A stretch of 64,000 nucleotides of DNA from a virus. The translations under genes and the position numbers were made by a program. Shown here piece by piece: positions 52,297-59,943 of the stretch. A model generated the notes under the pieces. It saw only the letters and a list, made by a program, of their open reading frames with translations, made no database searches and was not told the DNA's origin. Numbering within the stretch: the first letter of the stretch is position 1; every line of letters begins with the position of its first letter. Location: IMG/VR virus record IMGVR_UViG_3300022074_000004. One strand, given 5' to 3'.

Positions 52297-52476
52297 ATGA
52301 ACAAAGACGACTTGATGCATCTAAAAATTCAAGCAGCAATGCGAGAGAACAACATTCCTGAAAATGAAATCAAATACATTGGTGAGGGTGAAGGAACTCA
52401 TTGGTATCGTATTGCTGATAAATATAGTGTCCCCGTAAATATGATCGAGGGATTTGATAGAGTTGATAACGAGTAA
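52297..52476 (+). CDS. Hypothetical protein
   Basis: ATG 52297 MNKDDLMHLKIQAAMRE; tightly packed. Confidence 0.65.
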   Translation: MNKDDLMHLKIQAAMRENNIPENEIKYIGEGEGTHWYRIADKYSVPVNMIEGFDRVDNE

Positions 52477-52477
52477 T

Positions 52478-52747
52478 ATGAAAAATACTATCTCTAAGTT
52501 AATTGACAGATCCTTAAGATTTCATCATCGAGATATTCATAAAGAGCTTGATGAAATAAAAGAAAAGCAGGATAAAATACAAATTCGCTTTAGAAATTAC
52601 GAGCGACATTACGTTTTCTGGGGTATCGCAATAACCTCAGTGGTGGCGGGGCTGATGTATGTTGGAACAGCTTATCATAGGATGGCTGATGTTGTTAGTG
52701 ATATGGATATAGTTATAGAATTACCAGACATTAAGTATCTTAACTGA
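52478..52747 (+). CDS. Hypothetical single-TM protein
   Basis: ATG 52478; one hydrophobic segment. Confidence 0.6.
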   Translation: MKNTISKLIDRSLRFHHRDIHKELDEIKEKQDKIQIRFRNYERHYVFWGIAITSVVAGLMYVGTAYHRMADVVSDMDIVIELPDIKYLN

Positions 52748-53127
52748 TGGAATTGAAAGATTGGTTGAACTCAATAAACTTTAATAAGGAAAACCTTATT
52801 AAAGAAAACCCCGATATCGTTAAACAATACCCCCCATACATTGTCAATCGTTGTCTGTCTGGGCACCTTGATTGTGTCATGTTTGCCAATGAAATGAATA
52901 AGTATTCATTTTTACAAAAAGATATGCAATATTCTTTTTATCTAAATAGTTTGAGGAAAAGGAAGAGATTCTCTCCTTGGATCCGAAAGGATTCGATTCA
53001 AGACTTAGAATGTGTAAAAGAATACTATGGTTATAGTAATGAGAAAGCATTTCAAGCGTTGAAGATCCTCACCAAAGAACAGCTTAATTATATCAAGAAA
53101 AAACTTGACATTGGAGGAATCAAATGA
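52747..53127 (+). CDS. gp62: Clamp loader small subunit gp62
   Basis: YPPYIVNRCLS, ANEMN, RKRKRFSPW, KEYYGYSNEKA. Confidence 0.94.
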   Translation: MELKDWLNSINFNKENLIKENPDIVKQYPPYIVNRCLSGHLDCVMFANEMNKYSFLQKDMQYSFYLNSLRKRKRFSPWIRKDSIQDLECVKEYYGYSNEKAFQALKILTKEQLNYIKKKLDIGGIK

Positions 53128-53552
53128 CTGAACCAATATATGATTGGTCACAAGATAAGATGGTTGAAATCTTTCTCAGTGAACCTGATGACTTTTTGAA
53201 AGTCAGAGAGACTTTGACAAGAATAGGTGTCGCCTCAAGAAAAGAGAAGAAGTTGTACCAATCTTGCCATATTCTTCATAAGCAGGGAAGGTATTTTATT
53301 GTTCACTTCAAAGAGCTCTTTGCTCTTGATGGCAAGAATACTAATTTGACTATTAATGACGTGCAAAGACGCAATAGAATTATTAAATTAATTTCTGATT
53401 GGGGTCTTGTTGAGGTGTCGAATGAAGAAGCTATCGCTGATATTGCACCTTTAAATCAAATTAAAGTGTTAGCTTATAAAGACAAATCAGAGTGGATTTT
53501 AGAGCAAAAGTACAATATCGGAAAAAAGGGAAAAACCCAAGAAGAAAATTAA
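53124..53552 (+). CDS. regA: Translational repressor RegA
   Basis: DDFLKVRETLTRIGVAS, LYQSCHILHKQGRYFIVHFKELFALDG. Confidence 0.97.
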   Translation: MTEPIYDWSQDKMVEIFLSEPDDFLKVRETLTRIGVASRKEKKLYQSCHILHKQGRYFIVHFKELFALDGKNTNLTINDVQRRNRIIKLISDWGLVEVSNEEAIADIAPLNQIKVLAYKDKSEWILEQKYNIGKKGKTQEEN

Positions 53553-53569
53553 ACTTGTTCTAAATAGTT

Positions 53570-53640
53570 CTGAGTCTTTCGTGCAGACTCTACGAATGTC
53601 GGAAACCCGAAGACCTCCCTTGACGGGGAGGTCTTTTTTT
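53570..53640 (+). ncRNA. Candidate structured small RNA / attenuator after regA
   Basis: TAAATA at 53561-53566, several overlapping stems, ends in a terminator; no ORF. Confidence 0.4.
53610..53640 (+). terminator. Intrinsic terminator after regA
   Basis: AAGACCTCCCT-TGAC-GGGGAGGTCTT plus T-run. Confidence 0.9.
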
Positions 53641-53648
53641 ACTATAAT
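53620..53648 (+). promoter_or_regulatory. Sigma70-type promoter for the nuclease gene, embedded in the terminator
   Basis: TTGACG-17-TATAAT. Confidence 0.75.
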
Positions 53649-53671
53649 ATGATCGTACAACACACAAACAG

Positions 53672-54253
53672 ATGCCTACCCTTAAGGAAAATTTTTCTAC
53701 GGTTCTTTCTACTTACGATCTGAAAAAACCAGCACGTCAGTCTTCTTTGATTGCACCTTGGTTGGGTATTGAACGCACTCCGTCAGGTTTGTCTCAACGT
53801 GTTGGTAATTATCTTGAGGATTTATTTGCTCTTGATATGGGTGTACAGAATAAATTGTCAGAAACTGATTTTAAGAAAGGTCGTTTTTATATGATCACTC
53901 AGAATGGAGAAGACCATCAAATTGATATGCTTGCTATGCCTTCAGAATGGGTGAAGTGGAAGAGATATTTGCATCGTGAGTTAAAAACAAATACTGATCT
54001 TGATCGTGGAAAGAAACGTGATACTTTGGCTAAAGAACAGGGAATTTGTGCATGGATGGAATCCAAGGGTTGGGAATATGATAGTGGGGCCTTTTGCCCT
54101 TTCTTTTACAGCAAAGGAAAAAATGTAAGCGGACTTGGTTGGGTTGATGGTTTGCAGTGGTATATTGATACTTTCAAACCTTCTTGGGCTATTCAAGATT
54201 TCAAAGATCTTGGACGTGATCCTGATACTCATCGTAAGCTGGGATTATTGTGA
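53672..54253 (+). CDS. PD-(D/E)xK nuclease, type II restriction endonuclease-like
   Basis: GNYLE..QIDML..RELKTNTDLD motif order; adjacent to a methylase. Confidence 0.6.
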   Translation: MPTLKENFSTVLSTYDLKKPARQSSLIAPWLGIERTPSGLSQRVGNYLEDLFALDMGVQNKLSETDFKKGRFYMITQNGEDHQIDMLAMPSEWVKWKRYLHRELKTNTDLDRGKKRDTLAKEQGICAWMESKGWEYDSGAFCPFFYSKGKNVSGLGWVDGLQWYIDTFKPSWAIQDFKDLGRDPDTHRKLGLL

Positions 54254-54259
54254 TATAAT
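54250..54259 (+). promoter_or_regulatory. Extended -10 promoter for the methylase
   Basis: GTGATATAAT, 20 nt before the ATG at 54280. Confidence 0.55.
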
Positions 54260-54279
54260 AAACTATTGACTGAGTATAT

Positions 54280-55146
54280 ATGAAACCTGTCATAAAGTAT
54301 CAAGGTGGTAAGCGAAAAGAATTGCCATTAATTAAAAATATGCTTCCCAGAGACTTCGACCGAGTTGTTGAACCTTTCTGTGGTGGTGCTGCTGTATCAT
54401 TTGGATTGCAAACTCCTGCAATCCTAAATGATATTAATCCAATGGTAATCAATCTCTATAAAGTATTGCAGAGTGATGATTATGTGCATGTTCTAAATCA
54501 CATTGACATCATTAAGACTTATGAGCATGATGCACTACAAGAGGCATTTTATGCTGCAAGAAATGTGATTAACAATCCACAAGATTTCACTCCGCTAATA
54601 CAAGCAGTCTCATACATTATTGTCAGGCAGCTGTGTTTTTCTGGCATGGAGAGATACAATGCAAAGGGAGAATTTAATGTACCCTTTGGGCATTACAAGA
54701 AAATGTCATGTAATCTAACAGCAGATCATCACACATTTTTGATTAAGTGTGATATCAGACATGGATCATTTGTTGACATATTTGATGATGTGACTGTTAG
54801 TGACTTTGTATTCATTGATCCACCATACCTGGAAAGGTTGGGATATACTCAGGGTGATGGTGGTGATGACTTGCACGAAGAACTTGCGAAATGCTTGAAA
54901 TCTACTGATGCAAAGTGGATGATCATACATAGTGATCATGAATTTTATCGTGAATCATATCAAGATTATAATATCATTGATAAAGACTTTACTTATGCTC
55001 AAAGATTTGGAAAGGACAAAGAAACAAGTCAAGCACCTACGATAGACAGTTTCATTGAGGGGGCTGTAGAAAAAGAGGAGAAACCCAAAGTCTTAAAAGA
55101 TCACACGGGAGCAAAGGTAAAGCATCTTTATATCACGAATTACTGA
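54280..55146 (+). CDS. dam: DNA N6-adenine methyltransferase (D12/Dam class)
   Basis: KYQGGK, VEPFCGGAAV, LNDIN, FNVPFG, FIDPPY. Confidence 0.93.
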   Translation: MKPVIKYQGGKRKELPLIKNMLPRDFDRVVEPFCGGAAVSFGLQTPAILNDINPMVINLYKVLQSDDYVHVLNHIDIIKTYEHDALQEAFYAARNVINNPQDFTPLIQAVSYIIVRQLCFSGMERYNAKGEFNVPFGHYKKMSCNLTADHHTFLIKCDIRHGSFVDIFDDVTVSDFVFIDPPYLERLGYTQGDGGDDLHEELAKCLKSTDAKWMIIHSDHEFYRESYQDYNIIDKDFTYAQRFGKDKETSQAPTIDSFIEGAVEKEEKPKVLKDHTGAKVKHLYITNY

Positions 55147-55247
55147 CATAGAAGTTGACATCACTTTAAAGCTCTGCTACAAATAGACCAGTTCCGTCCG
55201 GCGTTAGACATCGCTAGGAACTGCAAAAACTATTACGGAGAATAACC

Positions 55248-56261
55248 ATGGCTACGCTAACAAAACCGCTGGCAGCGGTTATGAATGTGCTCGCTCTTGT
55301 CGATGGCTTTATAAAGAAAGGCATTTCAGGAGTACGAAAGAAATTTTCTAGGGGCGACTTCCTTCCTGTTGAATGGGTAAAGGTCAAAGATTTAAAGGTT
55401 GATCCCAAGTATCAGCGATTGATCAACCTTGGGTTTATCAAGAAAGCGAAGGAGTTTGACCCCCTTCTTGTTAAACCTCTCTCGGTCTTCCAACGTCCTA
55501 ATGGCGACCTGATGGTTGTCGATGGACAACACACTACAGTCCTTGCAGCAACTTATGTTGAGGATGCAGAGAATTTTGAACTTCCCTGTCAAATTCAAGT
55601 TCATGATTCTGATTTTACCACCGAACAATGCGAAAAAGCAGAAGCTGCATACTTCAAGCGTTTCAACTCTTTGAGGAACACTGTAAGTGCAGTTGCAAAA
55701 CTGCGTTCTGATATTGCTCAAGGTGCTAAGTATGCTATCGCTCTTGAAGAGAGTTTCCAAAGTCTCAATGTTCATGTTGAGGGTATCGGTGCTCCCGATG
55801 ATGGCAGCAACGCCGTTCATGGTTATGACAAACTGAGAGTTTCCATCACTAAGTACAATAATAGTCTCACCAAGACTGCAATTGATCTGTACAAAGTTCA
55901 CAATGCAGCAGATGACAACAGCTGGAATTTACCTCTTAATGGTGGTATGATCCTTGGTCTTGCTGCAACTTACCACTTTGTTGATAACCATCTGGGAGAT
56001 GGTAAGAAGCGTGAAGGATTCCTTTACTATCTGAATGAACTTCTTCCCAATCTTACAGTTGCTGAGTACATTCTAAAAACTGCTGGTCCTCAAATGGATG
56101 TTTTGATCCTTCAAAACATTATCGAGAACTACAATATTCTGTGTAAGATGAAGATGCTTACCTATCCAGTTATCGGTATGGAAAAGTGGAAGACATGGAA
56201 AGAAGATCCTATCCATGGCACACCTAAGGATGTATCTAAGGATGAGGATTCTGATGACTGA
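55248..56261 (+). CDS. ParB/Srx-like N-terminal domain protein (YQR...DGQH)
   Basis: LKVDPKYQR..VVDGQHT..EAAYFKRFN; GGAGA SD; TTGACA at 55155-55160. Confidence 0.75.
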   Translation: MATLTKPLAAVMNVLALVDGFIKKGISGVRKKFSRGDFLPVEWVKVKDLKVDPKYQRLINLGFIKKAKEFDPLLVKPLSVFQRPNGDLMVVDGQHTTVLAATYVEDAENFELPCQIQVHDSDFTTEQCEKAEAAYFKRFNSLRNTVSAVAKLRSDIAQGAKYAIALEESFQSLNVHVEGIGAPDDGSNAVHGYDKLRVSITKYNNSLTKTAIDLYKVHNAADDNSWNLPLNGGMILGLAATYHFVDNHLGDGKKREGFLYYLNELLPNLTVAEYILKTAGPQMDVLILQNIIENYNILCKMKMLTYPVIGMEKWKTWKEDPIHGTPKDVSKDEDSDD

Positions 56262-56278
56262 TAACCGAATAAAAAGTT

Positions 56279-56303
56279 ACGGGGTTCATCACCCCGTTTT
56301 TTT
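56279..56303 (+). terminator. Intrinsic terminator before hsp20
   Basis: ACGGGGT-TCATC-ACCCCGT plus T-run. Confidence 0.88.
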
Positions 56304-56320
56304 ATGCTATAATATAAATA
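56285..56320 (+). promoter_or_regulatory. Overlapping sigma70-type and late promoters for hsp20
   Basis: TTCATC-17-TATAAT with TGn (56285-56313) and TATAAATA (56313-56320). Confidence 0.7.
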
Positions 56321-56324
56321 TTGA

Positions 56325-56381
56325 TGGTTGCCTTCGGGGACCACAAAACACAAACTCGCTTAACTAAGGAGCTATCAAATG
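56325..56381 (+). promoter_or_regulatory. ROSE-like RNA thermometer candidate in the hsp20 5' UTR
   Basis: cUUCGg hairpin, then UCGCU pairing with SD AAGGAG around a bulged G. Confidence 0.55.
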
Positions 56382-56813
56382 GGAGACCTAACGAGGTACA
56401 ATGCTGCCAACATGAATCAGCTGTTGGAACGTATAAATAGAAACAGTATTGGTATGGACGAGTACTTTGATCGTCTGTTTACACTGCACGAAACAACGAC
56501 AAATTATCCTCCATATAACCTAATTCAAGTTAGTGATACGGAATCACGGCTGGAATTAGCACTTGCTGGATTTAAAAAGGAACAAGTAAATGTCTACACG
56601 CAAGATGGAAAACTTTTCATTGAAGGACAACGAGAAGACGGAGAAACAGAAACCAAGTATGTCCATAGAGGAGTGGCTCAACGATCATTCACAAGATCTT
56701 GGACCATGGCAGAGGATACGGAAGTTAGATCAGTTGAATTTGAGGCGGGGCTTCTAAGTATTAAAATGGGAAGAGTCGTTCCAGAACATCATCTTCGTAA
56801 AGATTGGTTCTAA
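56379..56813 (+). CDS. hsp20: Small heat shock protein (Hsp20/IbpA-like)
   Basis: NYPPYNLI, LELALAGF, HRGVAQRSFTRSW, GLLSI. Confidence 0.95.
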   Translation: MGDLTRYNAANMNQLLERINRNSIGMDEYFDRLFTLHETTTNYPPYNLIQVSDTESRLELALAGFKKEQVNVYTQDGKLFIEGQREDGETETKYVHRGVAQRSFTRSWTMAEDTEVRSVEFEAGLLSIKMGRVVPEHHLRKDWF

Positions 56814-56842
56814 AATAAATAATATTGAATATCGTCGCCGCT

Positions 56843-56886
56843 GGGGGGCAACTGGCAAAATCCAGTTGACGCCCCCCTATTTTTTT
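56843..56886 (+). terminator. Long bulged terminator after hsp20
   Basis: GGGGGG CAACTGG-CAAAAT-CCAGTTG ACG CCCCCC TA T7. Confidence 0.85.
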
Positions 56887-56894
56887 GCTATACT
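56866..56894 (+). promoter_or_regulatory. Sigma70-type promoter embedded in the terminator, upstream of the gp43 operon
   Basis: TTGACG-17-TATACT with TGn. Confidence 0.75.
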
Positions 56895-56916
56895 GTGATT
56901 GACCTTGAATATACCA

Positions 56917-57174
56917 ATGGAGAATCCAATAAAAATTATTCAGATGACCAACTGCGAGAGACTTATCAGTCAGATCGAAGAAGTTGGTGCTGAAATTGGC
57001 GAACCTGACTGCAAGTTGATCAATCCTATGGAAATTTGTGAGGGTAATATGCTCTCTCCTTGGATGGTAGAAGTTACCATGCAGGACACATTCATGATCA
57101 GTTCAGATAAGATTATTACTCTTGCTGATCCAACCCCAACACTCCTTGAAAAATACCTACAAGAAACAAAGTAA
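56917..57174 (+). CDS. Conserved hypothetical protein
   Basis: LISQIEEVGAEIGEPDCKLINP; between hsp20 and gp43; start moved to ATG 56917. Confidence 0.75.
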   Translation: MENPIKIIQMTNCERLISQIEEVGAEIGEPDCKLINPMEICEGNMLSPWMVEVTMQDTFMISSDKIITLADPTPTLLEKYLQETK

Positions 57175-57176
57175 TT

Positions 57177-57410
57177 ATGGCACTATCAAATTCAGTTGCA
57201 GAGTCTCTCAAAGAAGCAGAGCTCAATCTTCGTAATGCACTTGCATTTGCCGCTCGGCAAGAGCGTCCTATGGTTTGCACCTGTATTGCAGAAATGATCT
57301 CAAAAATTGAAACAGTAAAATCCATGGATGGCATATTAGATAAAGTCGATGCCAGAAGTCCAGGAAGTAGTGGAATATTTGGACCGTTTTTTGACCCAGA
57401 TGAAGATTGA
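57177..57410 (+). CDS. Hypothetical protein
   Basis: MALSNSVAESLKEAELNLRNALAFAARQERP. Confidence 0.75.
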   Translation: MALSNSVAESLKEAELNLRNALAFAARQERPMVCTCIAEMISKIETVKSMDGILDKVDARSPGSSGIFGPFFDPDED

Positions 57411-57447
57411 TTTCTAACTATAGAATTATATTACTGGAGGAATTTCC

Positions 57448-59943
57448 TTGAAATTTTACACAAACGTTCAGATGATTGGCAATGAATTCCTCGTTCGTGG
57501 CGTCGAAAATGGAAGACGATTTCATTCTCGTGACAGTTTCAGTCCTACCTTTTTCATAAAGTCCAATAAAAAGACAAAGTATAAAACTCTAACAGGAGAA
57601 TATGTTGAAGAGATTCAACCAGGGACAGTTCGAGAGTGTAGAGAGTTTTGTAAAAAATATGAACAAGTAGATGGGTTTGAAGTTTACGGGAATGAAAAAT
57701 ATATCTATCAGTACATTTCAGAAAATTATCCTGAGGATGAAGTAAAGTTTGACACAAAACAGATTAAGCTAGTTACGATTGATATTGAAGTAGCGTCAGA
57801 ATACGGATTCCCAGATGTGGAATCTTGCTCAGAAGAAATTCTTGCAATTACAATGCAAAATTATGCTACAAAGGAGATCACCACATGGGGGGTCAAACCT
57901 TTTAATGTAAAGCAAGATAATGTTACATATCATTATAGGCCAACAGAACGAGAACTTCTGGGGTCTTTTCTTCATGAGTGGATATCTGACATTCCTGATG
58001 TGGTAACTGGTTGGAATATCCAGTTGTATGATATTCCATATATCTGCCGTAGGATGGAAAGAGTTCTTGGCAAGAGAACTATGAAAACTTTTTCTCCTTG
58101 GGGTTTGGTGTCGGAGAAGGAGATCTACATTCAGGGAAGAAGAAATTGTATCTATGATATTGGTGGAATAACACAGCTTGATTATCTTGATCTTTATAAG
58201 AAGTTTACTTATAAAGCACAGGAATCTTATCGTCTTGACTATATTGCAGAAGTAGAATTGGGCCAGAAAAAACTGGACCACTCTGAGTTTGATACATTCA
58301 AGGATTTTTACACCTATGGGTGGCAAAAATATATTGAATATAATATTGTTGACGTAGAACTTGTTGACCGATTGGAAGACAAGATGAAGTTGATTGAACT
58401 TGCTATTACTATGGCATATACTGCCAAAGTAAATTATATTGATGTTTTTTATCAGGTAAGAATGTGGGATAATATTATCTACAACTACTTGAAGAATAGA
58501 AATATTGTAATTCCTCCTAATAATTCATCAGAAAAGAGTGAGAAGTATGCTGGTGCATATGTTAAAGAACCTATTCCTGGAAAGTATGATTGGGTTGTGA
58601 GTTTTGACTTGAACTCACTATATCCTCACCTGATTATGCAATATAATATCTCACCAGAGACATTGCTTGAGGAGAAACATCCTACAGTATCTGTGGATCG
58701 TATTTTGAATGAAGATATAACATTTGAGATGTATAAGGATTATGCAGTATGTGCTAATGGTGCTATGTTCCGCAAAGATGTTCGTGGATTCTTACCTGAA
58801 CTAATGGAGAAGATGTATGGGGATCGTGTTATTTTTAAAAAGAAGATGCTTGCGGCAAAGCAACAGTATGAAAAGACACCTACTGTTGCACTTGAGAAAG
58901 AGATTTCTCGGTGCAACAACATTCAGATGGCGAAGAAGATTTCGCTTAATTCCGCTTATGGTGCTATTGGTAACCAATACTTTAGGTATTACAAATTAGC
59001 AAATGCAGAAGCAATCACTCTCTCTGGGCAGGTAAGTATTCGTTGGATTGAAAATAAAATGAATGCATATCTAAATAAATTGTTACAAACAGAAGAAGAG
59101 GATTATGTCATCGCATCAGATACTGATTCGATATATCTTAATCTTGGACCTCTTGTTGATAAATTTCTTGCTAATAGGTCTGGCGACAAAGCAAAAGTTG
59201 TGGACTTACTTGATATGGTCTGCCGTGATAAACTGGAACCGTATATCGACAAATGTTACGAGGAACTTGCGGTCTATGTATCTGCATATGACCAGAAGAT
59301 GCAAATGAAGCGGGAGAATATCGCTGATCGCGGTATTTGGACTGCTAAGAAACGGTATATTCTAAATGTATGGGATAGTGAGGGTGTTCGTTATGAAGAG
59401 CCCAAACTCAAGATGATGGGTATTGAAGCTGTGAAGTCCTCTACACCAGCACCTTGCCGTAAGATGATTAAGGATGCTCTCAAGTTAATGATGAGTGGCA
59501 CCGAAGATGAGGTGATCGACTTTATCGAGAGTAGTCGTAAAGATTTTAAAAAACTCCCACCAGAGCAAATTTCATTCCCAAGATCCGTATCTGATGTTGT
59601 GAAATACAAATCAGCATCAGATATCTACACAAAGGGAACTCCTATTCATGTTCGTGGAGCACTCCTATTCAATCATTATATAAAACAAAATAAGTTGGAT
59701 AACAAATACTCTCTAATTCAGAATGGTGAGAAGATTAAGTTTTGCTACTTAAAGACACCAAATATCCTCAGAGAAAATGTTATTTCATTTATTCAAGATT
59801 TCCCAAAGGAACTTGGTATTGACAAGTACGTTGATTATGACTTACAATTTGAGAAGTCTTTTTTAGAACCTTTAAAAATCATCCTAGATTCTATAGGATG
59901 GAAAGTTGAAAAAACTGTAAACCTAGATTCATTTTTTGCATAA
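57448..59943 (+). CDS. gp43: Family B DNA polymerase gp43
   Basis: DIE exonuclease, SFDLNSLYP, KISLNSAYG, SDTDS, KKRY; TTG start with GGAGG SD. Confidence 0.98.
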   Translation: MKFYTNVQMIGNEFLVRGVENGRRFHSRDSFSPTFFIKSNKKTKYKTLTGEYVEEIQPGTVRECREFCKKYEQVDGFEVYGNEKYIYQYISENYPEDEVKFDTKQIKLVTIDIEVASEYGFPDVESCSEEILAITMQNYATKEITTWGVKPFNVKQDNVTYHYRPTERELLGSFLHEWISDIPDVVTGWNIQLYDIPYICRRMERVLGKRTMKTFSPWGLVSEKEIYIQGRRNCIYDIGGITQLDYLDLYKKFTYKAQESYRLDYIAEVELGQKKLDHSEFDTFKDFYTYGWQKYIEYNIVDVELVDRLEDKMKLIELAITMAYTAKVNYIDVFYQVRMWDNIIYNYLKNRNIVIPPNNSSEKSEKYAGAYVKEPIPGKYDWVVSFDLNSLYPHLIMQYNISPETLLEEKHPTVSVDRILNEDITFEMYKDYAVCANGAMFRKDVRGFLPELMEKMYGDRVIFKKKMLAAKQQYEKTPTVALEKEISRCNNIQMAKKISLNSAYGAIGNQYFRYYKLANAEAITLSGQVSIRWIENKMNAYLNKLLQTEEEDYVIASDTDSIYLNLGPLVDKFLANRSGDKAKVVDLLDMVCRDKLEPYIDKCYEELAVYVSAYDQKMQMKRENIADRGIWTAKKRYILNVWDSEGVRYEEPKLKMMGIEAVKSSTPAPCRKMIKDALKLMMSGTEDEVIDFIESSRKDFKKLPPEQISFPRSVSDVVKYKSASDIYTKGTPIHVRGALLFNHYIKQNKLDNKYSLIQNGEKIKFCYLKTPNILRENVISFIQDFPKELGIDKYVDYDLQFEKSFLEPLKIILDSIGWKVEKTVNLDSFFA

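Noticed and set aside
53570-53610. Hammerhead ribozyme or full H-type pseudoknot after regA
   Set aside because: CUGA is not followed by nGA, and linkers of 0-1 nt cannot span both complete stems
53607-56269. CCGAA at both ends of the nuclease-methylase cassette as a target-site duplication
   Set aside because: Only 5 bp, expected by chance; no integrase or transposase; needs an empty-site genome to test
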